Assembly: GCA_002791295.1 (NCBI GenBank)
Contig: PFWU01000001.1
Coordinates: forward strand, 1 to 51,852
DNA: 51,852 bases
Reading direction: 5' to 3'
Source: Candidatus Uhrbacteria bacterium CG_4_9_14_3_um_filter_50_9
GTDB lineage: Bacteria > Patescibacteriota > Patescibacteriia > UBA9934 > GWF2-40-263
Below are positions 16,676 through 25,373 of the stretch, in pieces; positions within the stretch are counted from its first letter, which is position 1; each line of letters opens with the position of its first letter. The notes below the pieces were generated by a model that was not told the origin of the DNA, searched no databases, and saw nothing but the letters and a program-made list of their open reading frames with translations. The translations under genes were made by a program, and so were the position numbers.

Positions 16676-17962
16676 ATGACAACTTTTCTGGCAGATGCGT
16701 GGAGATACAACCTTTACGCTCCAGATCACGTCATGCAGCAGCTCCCAAGGGAGCTGACCGAACAACAGTCGATCTCCCCTCTGATCACCCTGTTGCATTC
16801 AGGAGGAGGTAAGGCTCTTGGCCTTGAATTCTGCGACAGGATCGCCTCCAAGAGCAGGCACATCTGCGTCCCTCCTTGGATGCACATCTCTGTGGCAGAT
16901 CAACGACACGGTGACACAGAGCGCATCAAAACGTGGTGTGCGCAGTATGGAAACAAGGTGAAGGTTCGGAGTTCAACCCTCAACGAAGATTGGCTGAGTG
17001 GTCAAAGCGGTGTACACGGTTCACGTACCGTCGAAACGCCTGACAAGATTCTCTCGCATGCGCGGGAAATCTCACGACGACGGTTCCCAGTTGTTGTGCA
17101 GCAATTCTCGGAAGGTATCGGGATCGTCGTAGACATTGTTTGGAGTCCCATCCTCAATCGTCACGTGATTCGCCTGTCCACGGGGAGATCGAGTAAGCAA
17201 CCCGACGGCACGACCTGGTTCACCTCCGCCACATGGGATCACGAGGGAAGACATGAGGTGTATGATCCAGAGACAGGACTTCCACTCCTTGATCCCTGTC
17301 ATGGCCAGCTGTTTGAAGGAAGTTGCATACAGCTTCCCCTTGGAGAACTGGCACAGGAACTCTGGGGAGCCGTCAACGCCTGTGGCATCCGCTTCGGGAT
17401 CCAGCTCGAGATCATTATCCACCCTGAGCTGCCAAATACCTGGTGGCTCGTGCAGGTTCGCCCCTCCCCTGATCGTGTTCGCCTGCACGGCCTCAACGTC
17501 AAAAGCCTCAATGAACCCCTCCTGACAACTCCGGCTGTCAGCTGTGCCTTCGCACATGTAGGTCTAGGCGTGTTGATTGATACGCGCAGACGAACCGAAC
17601 TTCTCATAGCGGGCACGGACGCTCCATCTACGTCCAACCCGCTCCTAAGCCAGCTGTTCCATACATCGTCTATCGCCGTCTGGGAACAAGACCCACATGA
17701 GGACTTCGGCCTGTGCCAGCTTGATACGGCCCATAAGCATGGGGCGCTGGTCCAAGTCACCAAACGCGTTATCACGGTCAGCACTTCACACGGTCGCATT
17801 AACTATCGACTTGAAGCGGAACAAGAGTCCTTGGTCACTCGTGCGGGAATCATTGCGGTCACAAATGAAGTGCACGACCTACTCGTAGCTGAACTTCGAC
17901 AGCGCACACGCAATATAGGGGCGATCTCCGACGGCATCGTTGGACAGGTTGCCTTTATCTAA
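16676..17962 (+). CDS. GC-rich cassette 3: PPDK_N / PEP-utilising-enzyme-type ATP-grasp protein with an unknown C-terminal half
   Basis: KVKVRSSTLNEDWLSGQSGVHGS resembles VRSSAxxEDxxxxSFAGQ; WWLVQVRP resembles the LQ(A/S)RP strand. AGGAG 16666-16670 precedes ATG 16676. Confidence 0.65.
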   Translation: MTTFLADAWRYNLYAPDHVMQQLPRELTEQQSISPLITLLHSGGGKALGLEFCDRIASKSRHICVPPWMHISVADQRHGDTERIKTWCAQYGNKVKVRSSTLNEDWLSGQSGVHGSRTVETPDKILSHAREISRRRFPVVVQQFSEGIGIVVDIVWSPILNRHVIRLSTGRSSKQPDGTTWFTSATWDHEGRHEVYDPETGLPLLDPCHGQLFEGSCIQLPLGELAQELWGAVNACGIRFGIQLEIIIHPELPNTWWLVQVRPSPDRVRLHGLNVKSLNEPLLTTPAVSCAFAHVGLGVLIDTRRRTELLIAGTDAPSTSNPLLSQLFHTSSIAVWEQDPHEDFGLCQLDTAHKHGALVQVTKRVITVSTSHGRINYRLEAEQESLVTRAGIIAVTNEVHDLLVAELRQRTRNIGAISDGIVGQVAFI

Positions 17963-17985
17963 ACCCCTTATGCAAGGGGTTTTCT
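17963..17985 (+). terminator. Cassette 3 terminator
   Basis: ACCCCTT-atgc-AAGGGGT then TTTCT. Confidence 0.7.
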
Positions 17986-17990
17986 GATAC

Positions 17991-18015
17991 AAAAACCCTG
18001 AATCATATCAGGGAT
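17991..18015 (-). terminator. DUF1294 gene terminator
   Basis: Minus sense CCCTGA-tatgat-TCAGGG then TTTTTG. Confidence 0.6.
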
Positions 18016-18393
18016 TTATAGAGACAGGACTGCGATGACATCTGTCTCAAACAGCCAAAGAAGAAGCGCTAATTGTAGAATCACCAACACCCCCACCACA
18101 AACTGAAACGATGACTTTCTGCTCTTGTGTCGAAACAGCCAGATGGAAACGAGCATTCCGATCGATCCTCCAAGAAACGTCATCAGGTAGAGTGAACGTT
18201 CAGAGAGCCGGCGAGCGCCATGCGACGCTTGAATCTTATCGATCAGCATGGCGATCATTGTTCCCACATTCACCCCAATCAGACCCAAGATAATCGGCTC
18301 AGCATCAAGAAGATACCAAGCTGCGAGAACAGCAAGAAGTGAGAGAATGATCCAAAGAATGAGGCTTTTTTTATCGACTGGTCTGAGCAACAT
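18016..18393 (-). CDS. DUF1294-family small membrane protein
   Basis: IDKIQASHGARRLSERSLYLMTFLGGSIGMLVSIWLFRHKSRKSSF matches the DUF1294 pattern (DK..A....R..E..L......GG..G.......RHK..K). Confidence 0.75.
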   Translation of the reverse strand: MLLRPVDKKSLILWIILSLLAVLAAWYLLDAEPIILGLIGVNVGTMIAMLIDKIQASHGARRLSERSLYLMTFLGGSIGMLVSIWLFRHKSRKSSFQFVVGVLVILQLALLLWLFETDVIAVLSL

Positions 18394-18402
18394 GTATATT
18401 CA

Positions 18403-18855
18403 CTAATCCTGATCGAACGTCGTCCTCACTAAGAGGTGCTTGATCTGACTTAAATCATCGATGAACGCCGAATGGAGTGGTTGTGGGAGATGATCGATAT
18501 CAAACCAACCAATCTCATCCATCTTGTCAGGTTCCCCTATGGATACCTGCTCCGGATCAACTTCCACAAGATGGAGATTCACGACCCAATGTGAACGACC
18601 GTCCGCATGCGGACGAATGAGGTTGCGTGTGCGCACATACGTCACAGACATCGGTTCCACGCCATACTCTTCCCTCACCTCTCGACGCACGCCCTCTTCA
18701 AATGTTTCCCCATGCTCAAGCGCCCCCGCCCCAGAATCCCAACACCCTTGTTCATCACGGCAGTTCACTGATCGCTTATGCAGTAGAATCCTCCCCTGCC
18801 CATCATGGCAAACAAAGCAACAGTTTACTCCAATGTAGTCAATCCCTTTTTTCAT
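18403..18855 (-). CDS. NUDIX hydrolase
   Basis: Nudix box GALEHGETFEEGVRREVREEYGV. Start taken at MKKGIDYIGV (ATG 18855), which avoids overlap with the secA 3' end. Confidence 0.8.
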   Translation of the reverse strand: MKKGIDYIGVNCCFVCHDGQGRILLHKRSVNCRDEQGCWDSGAGALEHGETFEEGVRREVREEYGVEPMSVTYVRTRNLIRPHADGRSHWVVNLHLVEVDPEQVSIGEPDKMDEIGWFDIDHLPQPLHSAFIDDLSQIKHLLVRTTFDQD

Positions 18856-18875
18856 AATCGTAGTTGGATCGGCTT

Positions 18876-21644
18876 CTATACCCCATGGCACTTCTTGTAC
18901 TTCTTTCCTGACCCACAGGGACACAATTCGTTGCGGCCGACTTTTTCTGTGGATGATGTTTGTGCTCCTCCTTGGCGTTGCTCTGATGCATTCCCCATGG
19001 TTTTTGCTGCTCCTCTGAGAGTAATGCCAGCGCGGTTCAAGAGCGACTGATTTAGTTCTTGTTGCACCTTCATGTCCACGGCGTGCTTGGCGTACTTGAA
19101 GAAGGTGTAAGTCACTTCGTGATTAATAGCTCCGAGAAGGGATTGGAACATGTTGAATCCTTCTCGTTTGTATTCAATGAGTGGATCACGTTGACCATAG
19201 CCCTGAAGCCCGATCCCTGTACGCAAAGCGCGCATGGCTTCTAAGTGATCGATCCAGAGCATGTCAATGGATCGAAGGATGACTCCCCGCTCGATGTTAT
19301 GGATATCCTTTGGATCTTCAAAAATTTCATCGAGTCGATCGTAGGCGACTCCAAGGAGCTCCATGATCTTTTCTATAATTTTTGTTTGACCTGCGGCCAC
19401 GTCTTCTTTGTTTCTTGCGGCTTCAAGACCGATGGTCATGAGGGAGGTCTTGTGTTCATCCTTGAGTGGGATAATCGTCGCAACCGTTTCAACGATTTCC
19501 TTAACATTCCAACCGTGATTCGTTGAGGTGTCATCCTTCGCTGGCCCCTCCTCGGGGGTGGCGTGAAACAAGACCACCTGCTCAACCTCGCTTTCCACAA
19601 TATCCAACACACGCTCACGCAACTTTTCTGGTTCCTTGTCAAATGTCTCAAGAACCTCTTTACGACGGGCGTAGATCACTTCACGGTGCTTGTTTAGGAC
19701 GTCATCATACTCAAGTAAGTGTTTGCGCGAATCAAAATGATGTCCCTCAACACGTGCCTGAGCTTTTTCAATAGACCCTGTAATCATTTTGTTCTCGATT
19801 GGCATCTCATCTGGAATGCCCAGCCGATCCATCATGCCCTTCGCACGGTCTGAACCAAAGATACGCATGAGGCCATCTTCCATGGAAAGGAGAAACTGCG
19901 TGGTACCCGGATCTCCTTGTCGACCAGAACGTCCACGGAGCTGGTTATCAATACGGCGGGAATCATGACGTTCCGTACCGATAACGAAGAGCCCACCGAG
20001 CTCAACCACACGCTGCTCATCTTCTTTTGATCCTGGATTTCCACCGAGCTTAATATCCACACCACGACCAGCCATGTTGGTTGCGACTGTCACAGCCCCC
20101 ACACGTCCGGCCTGTGCAATAATTTCGGCTTCACGTGCATGATTCTTTGCGTTCAACACCTCGTGCGGAATCCCTGCCTGTGTGAACAGCATGTGCACGA
20201 GCTCGTTCTTTTCAACAGAGGCTGTACCCACGAGCACAGGCTGTCCCTTTTCCTGGATATTTTTCACGTGTGTCACAAGAGCTGTGTACTTGCCTTTCTC
20301 GCTTTTAAAAATCTGATCAACAAGATCTGTTCGTGCAATAGGTTTGTTCGTTGGAATCTCCACCACTTCAAGATTATAAATCTTTGCAAACTCTTCTGCC
20401 TCTGTCGCTGCCGTTCCTGTCATACCAGACAACTTGCTGTACATGCGGAAAAGATTCTGGAATGTGATCGTTGCAAGTGTCTGACTCTCTCGTTTAATTT
20501 CAACACCCTCCTTTGCCTCAATCGCTTGGTGTATTCCTTCTGAAAAACGTCGGCCTGGCATCAGGCGGCCGGTAAATTCATCCACAATCATGACTTCCCC
20601 ATCCTTGACCACATAGTGCACATCACGCTGGTAGTTCGCTTTGGCTCGAAGCGCTGTGTCTGCATAGCGCTGATACGCCCCCTGTTCCACCGCATAAAGA
20701 TTTTCGATCTGAAGCGCTCGCTCAATCGCCTCGATCCCTTCATCCGTGAGTGTAGACGCACGCATCTTCTCATCGACGTTGAAGTGGACGTGTTCCTTCA
20801 GCGTTGAAATGATCTGAGCAAATCGCACATACAGATCGTTGGACTTCTCTGCGGGTGCGGAAATAATCAGTGGTGTGCGTGCCTCGTCAATCAAAATGGA
20901 ATCGATTTCGTCGATGATCGCAAAGTTCAGCTCACGCATGACCGTACGATCAAGCGTTGGAGCCATGTTGTCACGCAGGTAGTCAAACCCGAATTGGTTG
21001 TTGGTTCCGTAGGTAATATCTGCCTCGTACGCCTCCTGACGTGAACACGGACGTAAAAAATCTTCTTTGATTTCAAACGACCCGGTCATGTCTCGTTCTT
21101 GATCGGCCACTTCCTCCGCTAGGGTCTGTTCACCCAACTTGTAGGCGGGGTCATAGAGAAAACTTTCTTGTTGCTGAATACAGGAGACACTCATGCCAAG
21201 AAAGTGAAAGATCTGCCCCATCCACACACAGTCACGACGGGCTAGATAATCGTTCACCGTCACCAAATGACATCCCTTTCCTGTAAGCGCGTTCGTATAC
21301 AGCGCAAGCGTGGAAGTAAGTGTCTTCCCCTCACCCGTACGCATCTCAGCAATCTGCCCTCGATGCAGGGCGAATCCACCAATGAGCTGCACATCATAAT
21401 GTCGCTGACCCATGGTGCGCTTCGCCACCTCACGCACAACAGCAAATGCCTCGTGCATAAAATCATCGATCGTCTCTCCATGATCAAGACGCTCTTTGAA
21501 TTCGTCTGTTTTTGCCTTGAGCTTCTCATCACTCAGCGCTTGAATCTCTGTTTCAAACGCATTTACGCGCGCAACATCCTTTCCAAGCTCAGCAAGCATT
21601 TTCTTATTCGGATCGCCAAAAAGCACTTTTAAAACTTTACTCAT
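18876..21644 (-). CDS. secA: Preprotein translocase ATPase SecA
   Basis: Full SecA sequence including the C-terminal zinc motif CPCGSGKKYKKCHG. Start at MSKVLKVLFG (ATG 21644), supported by TTGCCA-17-GATAAT 9 nt upstream. The ORF track extends to 21707. Confidence 0.95.
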   Translation of the reverse strand: MSKVLKVLFGDPNKKMLAELGKDVARVNAFETEIQALSDEKLKAKTDEFKERLDHGETIDDFMHEAFAVVREVAKRTMGQRHYDVQLIGGFALHRGQIAEMRTGEGKTLTSTLALYTNALTGKGCHLVTVNDYLARRDCVWMGQIFHFLGMSVSCIQQQESFLYDPAYKLGEQTLAEEVADQERDMTGSFEIKEDFLRPCSRQEAYEADITYGTNNQFGFDYLRDNMAPTLDRTVMRELNFAIIDEIDSILIDEARTPLIISAPAEKSNDLYVRFAQIISTLKEHVHFNVDEKMRASTLTDEGIEAIERALQIENLYAVEQGAYQRYADTALRAKANYQRDVHYVVKDGEVMIVDEFTGRLMPGRRFSEGIHQAIEAKEGVEIKRESQTLATITFQNLFRMYSKLSGMTGTAATEAEEFAKIYNLEVVEIPTNKPIARTDLVDQIFKSEKGKYTALVTHVKNIQEKGQPVLVGTASVEKNELVHMLFTQAGIPHEVLNAKNHAREAEIIAQAGRVGAVTVATNMAGRGVDIKLGGNPGSKEDEQRVVELGGLFVIGTERHDSRRIDNQLRGRSGRQGDPGTTQFLLSMEDGLMRIFGSDRAKGMMDRLGIPDEMPIENKMITGSIEKAQARVEGHHFDSRKHLLEYDDVLNKHREVIYARRKEVLETFDKEPEKLRERVLDIVESEVEQVVLFHATPEEGPAKDDTSTNHGWNVKEIVETVATIIPLKDEHKTSLMTIGLEAARNKEDVAAGQTKIIEKIMELLGVAYDRLDEIFEDPKDIHNIERGVILRSIDMLWIDHLEAMRALRTGIGLQGYGQRDPLIEYKREGFNMFQSLLGAINHEVTYTFFKYAKHAVDMKVQQELNQSLLNRAGITLRGAAKTMGNASEQRQGGAQTSSTEKVGRNELCPCGSGKKYKKCHGV

Positions 21645-21653
21645 ACGGCCGTG

Positions 21654-21682
21654 ATTATCGCTTTTTTCAGCACAAATGGCAA
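21654..21682 (-). promoter_or_regulatory. Backbone promoter TTGCCA-17-GATAAT, 9 nt before secA ATG 21644
   Basis: rc of 21677-21682 and of 21654-21659. Confidence 0.55.
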
Positions 21683-21691
21683 GGGAAAGGG

Positions 21692-21720
21692 ATGACAAAA
21701 CAGTCATTCTGAGCTATTCT
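21692..21720 (+). promoter_or_regulatory. Tentative cassette 4 promoter ATGACA-17-TATTCT
   Basis: ATGACA 21692-21697, TATTCT 21715-21720. Weakest of the set; about 75-nt leader to ATG 21799. Confidence 0.3.
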
Positions 21721-21798
21721 CAGACGTTTCATGCTGAGAGGAACGTGCCATAGGGGTACGTTTATTCTTGCATGAGAGTCACTTCCAAGGAGAGGTCT

Positions 21799-22539
21799 AT
21801 GACTTCAATCGCATGGCTCGTTGCTGGTGGCCTTCTCACCGGCGCCATGTACTTCACCGCTTCCAAAGCCAGCTCTGGCAAGAATACGTGGAGTGACCGG
21901 GACGTCGTGAGTTTTGTGCCTTTGGTCCTGATCTGGATCATCAGTACAATCTGGCACGGAATCTCAACGCACTCCTGGGCTATGCTCTTCGCCCAGATCC
22001 TCACGTTGCTCGGGACGCTCGTGGTCCTCACAACGGTTTCGAAAGGGGTCCTGGAAAAGCTGTACTGCCATCTTCAGGGACTGAAGTACAGCGACCAGGC
22101 TGTGCTCAAGCAGTACAAGGACATCAACCGACTGCTCCCCAGGCACAACCCCACCCGGGCACAAGTCCACAAGGTGGTTACCGTCACCCTTCCGGATCTT
22201 GAACAGCGAATCAAGCTCGTAGACGGCCGAATCGACCGCATCAGCAAGATCATCCAATCAACTGCCCCCGGAATTCACGCAGATCGTCAGTTGCGCGCAC
22301 GCGGGTCACTGAGAGGGATCAGAGCGGAACTCCAAAACCGGCTGATGGAGTGCCTGGGCTTCCTAGGTACGGTGGAGGCACTGCTCCTGTCTGCGGTCGA
22401 TGGCGACCTGCCCGACGTTTCCGAAGACTTCGAACGTCTGATGCAGTCCATGGAGGCTGATCGGGCCCAGAAGCAGGAAGCACTGCAGGAGGTCTCGAGT
22501 CTCGACAGGACGCAACTGCGTGCCGCAGAGCACGCCTAA
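21799..22539 (+). CDS. GC-rich cassette 4: 3-TM membrane protein with a helical/coiled-coil cytoplasmic domain
   Basis: ATG 21799 lies 3 nt after AAGGAGAGG 21787-21795. Hydrophobic segments IAWLVAGGLLTGAMYF, FVPLVLIWIISTIW and MLFAQILTLLGTLVVLT, then heptad-like helices. Confidence 0.55.
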   Translation: MTSIAWLVAGGLLTGAMYFTASKASSGKNTWSDRDVVSFVPLVLIWIISTIWHGISTHSWAMLFAQILTLLGTLVVLTTVSKGVLEKLYCHLQGLKYSDQAVLKQYKDINRLLPRHNPTRAQVHKVVTVTLPDLEQRIKLVDGRIDRISKIIQSTAPGIHADRQLRARGSLRGIRAELQNRLMECLGFLGTVEALLLSAVDGDLPDVSEDFERLMQSMEADRAQKQEALQEVSSLDRTQLRAAEHA

Positions 22540-22566
22540 CCAGCCACAACGCAGGCTGGAAACACG

Positions 22567-22600
22567 AACGCACGACTCGAGAGGTCGTGCGTTTCAAATT
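22567..22600 (+). terminator. Cassette 4 terminator (shared gap with convergent hpf)
   Basis: AACGCACGAC-tcgagag-GTCGTGCGTT then TCAAATTC. A smaller hairpin CCAGCC/GGCTGG lies at 22540-22559. Confidence 0.6.
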
Positions 22601-22948
22601 CTATTCCTTCCCAGGCCGCACCCCTCGCTGGGTACGATCCTTGAGTTTGTTCTTATAATCTTTGAGCTGGCGCCGTACTTGGTCTCGTGCCTGACCGATG
22701 GCGTGGTAGAGATTTTCTTCTTCTACAACCGCACGCAGGTCGTTCCCAGGAACGGTAATCTGAAACTCTGCGCGAAAGTAAGGGCCCTTGGCATGATGTT
22801 TGGTTGACTTTCCTACCTCAACACGCAATTCAGACGCCGGATCAAAATCTTTTGTAAGTTTACCGAGCGCAACGGACTTGGATTCAATACGTGACTTAAT
22901 AGCATCCGTGAGAGCCATGTTTGTTCCCTTGATTGAGACAATGCGCAT
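22601..22948 (-). CDS. hpf: Ribosome hibernation/translation-inhibition factor (RaiA/HPF, S30AE family)
   Basis: 115 aa. Family-typical N-terminus MRIVSIKGTNMALTDAIKSRIESK and basic C-terminal part. Confidence 0.85.
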   Translation of the reverse strand: MRIVSIKGTNMALTDAIKSRIESKSVALGKLTKDFDPASELRVEVGKSTKHHAKGPYFRAEFQITVPGNDLRAVVEEENLYHAIGQARDQVRRQLKDYKNKLKDRTQRGVRPGKE

Positions 22949-22964
22949 AGTCGTTTTATTACTT

Positions 22965-23927
22965 CTAGAAGCCTACGAGCTTAACTTCCTCCTCTAACAG
23001 AATACCATATTCATCTCGAGCGCGGGTCTTAACAAATGCGATCAGTTGAACCACATGATCGGCGGTTGCCTCACCGGGATTCACCAAGAAATTTCCATGC
23101 ACCTCACTGATCTTCGCACCACCAATTTGTTTTCCTTTTAGGTCGAGCTGGTCGATGAGCCAGCCGGCGGATAACCGCCGGCTCTTGCTCATCTCTAGAG
23201 GTAAATCGACTTTTTCACTGATTCGTTGCAGTTCCTCATCGTCTTTGATGTCATAGTTTTTAAACATGCAGCCGGCGGAACCCGCATCAAAAGGCTGTGA
23301 ACGCTTACGCTCCATGAGGTAGTGATCGAGCTGTGATTTGAGCTCATCGGCTTCGGTTTCCTGAAGCTCAAACGTCGCCGCAAGGACGATATCGTCCGAG
23401 TGTTTAATGGCAGACTCTCGATAGGCAAACCCAAGTTCTTCATTCGTCAGCTCTACAATCTTCCCTCCACGCAACACTTCCACCTGCACCAGATTGTCTT
23501 TTACTTCACCCCCATGACACCCAGCATTTCCCCGCACCGCCCCTCCGATGGTGCCAGGTAATGAGATTGCCCACTCCAACCCCTTAAGACCACGGTTAGC
23601 CGTCGCACGAGCAAGGGCAGATGAAAGAACCCCGGCTTCTGCACGAACACGGTTTCCCTGAATCTCATACGATCGCATCCCGATTTTGATCATGAGGCCG
23701 TCATAGCCCTGATCGCTCACGAGCATGTTTGATCCCCCACCAAAGACAAAGAAGCCCACGCCTGCATCTCTCGCTGCCGTGATCGCATGCTGAAGCTCTT
23801 CAATAGTTCGCACCTCCACAAACCACGTTGCGGGTCCACCAATGCGAAAATTTGTGTGTTTCGCCATTGGTTCCTGTTCCTTAAATCTGCTTCCAAATAT
23901 TTCTTGCAATTGTTCAGTCAAACTCAT
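22965..23927 (-). CDS. murB: UDP-N-acetylenolpyruvoylglucosamine reductase
   Basis: FRIGGPA, GGGSNMLV, GGAKISEVHGNFLVN. Confidence 0.9.
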   Translation of the reverse strand: MSLTEQLQEIFGSRFKEQEPMAKHTNFRIGGPATWFVEVRTIEELQHAITAARDAGVGFFVFGGGSNMLVSDQGYDGLMIKIGMRSYEIQGNRVRAEAGVLSSALARATANRGLKGLEWAISLPGTIGGAVRGNAGCHGGEVKDNLVQVEVLRGGKIVELTNEELGFAYRESAIKHSDDIVLAATFELQETEADELKSQLDHYLMERKRSQPFDAGSAGCMFKNYDIKDDEELQRISEKVDLPLEMSKSRRLSAGWLIDQLDLKGKQIGGAKISEVHGNFLVNPGEATADHVVQLIAFVKTRARDEYGILLEEEVKLVGF

Positions 23928-25297
23928 ACCTGTAATTTCCTTGCTAATACATCAATGTCCCCGGCTCCCATGATAATCAGCACATCCTGGGCTTTTATTA
24001 AATCCCTGAGTAACGCCTCAGCGGCATCGTGATCCTCCGCAAACTGGACATCCTTTGCTGGATCTCGCTTTTTGATTTCTTGCACAAGATCTCTTGAGCT
24101 GATGTCATGCTCTTCATTACGCCCTGCGACGTCATAAATTTCTGAAATAACTAAGTGATCAGCCAGTCTGAGTGTCTCGACTAAGTCATTGAACAACTTT
24201 TTTGTACGATCGTGTTGGTGTGGCTCGTAGCAGAGGACAATTCTCCGGCCAGGAAAAAATTCTCTTGCCGCTTCAAGCGTTCCTTTAATGCCAGATGGAT
24301 GATGGCCGTAGTCACTGATGAGATCAGCCCCTTGCCACACCCCAAGACGCTCGAACCGACGCCAAATTCCCGTAAACTCTTTCAGTGTGCGACGACAGGT
24401 CTCAAAGGGCACACCAAGCTCCATCGCAGCGGCAATAGCTGCAAGCGCATTCATGACGTTGAACGCCCCTGGCACCTGGAGCTCGAGTGGCCCAAGTCGC
24501 ACGTCTCCATCTTCTTCTCGGTAGACGTCCACCTTTTGTGCGCCTTGTGACGTTTCACGGTCACGCACCTCGTAATCTGTGCGCACATCCATGCCATAGG
24601 CCACAGCACGAGCAAACTTAATCGGACGGGTACCAGCATCATTGGCATTGTAAACGGCGAGTCCCTTTCCTTGTAGCTTGTTCACGAATTGCTGAAATGT
24701 TTCCTGAATGTGTTCAAGGTTCCGGTAATAATCCAGATGATCTTCCTCAATGTTTGTGAGGACAATCATCTCCGGATCAAAGTGCATCATGTTTGCTCGA
24801 TACTCACAGCCCTCAACAACAAAGAACCTTCCCTTCCCAATCCGAATATTCCCATCCGGAAACCCAGGAACCATGGAGCCAACCAAAACGGTGGGGTCAT
24901 AACCAGCCTCGACAAGAATTCGACCCAGCATGGCGGTGGTTGTACTCTTTCCGTTTGTTCCAGTGACTACAATAGTTGAAAACGATTTTGAAATCTCACC
25001 CAGAAACTCGAAGTTTGTCAGGATGCGAATTCCGCGCTGCACAGCGGCGACGCGTTCGCTATTGGTCTCAAGAATCGCAGGTGTACAGATAACCAAGTCA
25101 CACGTCTCAGGGACTTGATCTGCAGCGTGTCCAGAGACAACTGTGATTCCTCGACGCTCTAAATCATGCGTAATATCGCTCCTGTGTACATCAGACCCCG
25201 TCACAGTGACCCCTTCAGCATGTAGCCATTTTGCAAGAGCCGACATACCAATTCCACCAATACCTATCATGTGTACGTGTTTTGTTTTCTCAAACAT
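23924..25297 (-). CDS. murC: UDP-N-acetylmuramate--L-alanine ligase
   Basis: GIGGIGMSALA, GTNGKSTTT. 4-nt overlap with murB. Confidence 0.92.
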   Translation of the reverse strand: MFEKTKHVHMIGIGGIGMSALAKWLHAEGVTVTGSDVHRSDITHDLERRGITVVSGHAADQVPETCDLVICTPAILETNSERVAAVQRGIRILTNFEFLGEISKSFSTIVVTGTNGKSTTTAMLGRILVEAGYDPTVLVGSMVPGFPDGNIRIGKGRFFVVEGCEYRANMMHFDPEMIVLTNIEEDHLDYYRNLEHIQETFQQFVNKLQGKGLAVYNANDAGTRPIKFARAVAYGMDVRTDYEVRDRETSQGAQKVDVYREEDGDVRLGPLELQVPGAFNVMNALAAIAAAMELGVPFETCRRTLKEFTGIWRRFERLGVWQGADLISDYGHHPSGIKGTLEAAREFFPGRRIVLCYEPHQHDRTKKLFNDLVETLRLADHLVISEIYDVAGRNEEHDISSRDLVQEIKKRDPAKDVQFAEDHDAAEALLRDLIKAQDVLIIMGAGDIDVLARKLQV

Positions 25298-25306
25298 AGT
25301 GCCTTA

Positions 25307-25335
25307 AGAGTACCCGTAGCTCGCCCTGTATTCAA
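25307..25335 (-). promoter_or_regulatory. Backbone promoter TTGAAT-17-TACTCT, 9 nt before murC ATG 25297
   Basis: rc of 25330-25335 and of 25307-25312. Confidence 0.55.
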
Positions 25336-25340
25336 GCAAT

Positions 25341-25366
25341 CGAAAAACGCTGGGGTTCCAGCGTTT
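25341..25366 (-). terminator. Cassette 5 terminator
   Basis: Minus sense AAACGCTGG-aacc-CCAGCGTTT then TTCG, immediately upstream of the murC promoter. Confidence 0.7.
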
Positions 25367-25373
25367 GCGTTCG

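Noticed and set aside
21645-21707. Longer N-termini offered by the ORF track: secA to 21707. Also rdgB to 28857, dnaB from 35084, NUDIX to 18924, permease to 35066, recR from 37116 and DUF192 to 42305.
   Set aside because: The extensions have no family-typical sequence, overlap neighbouring promoters or genes, and ignore in-frame ATGs that have correct promoter or SD spacing.
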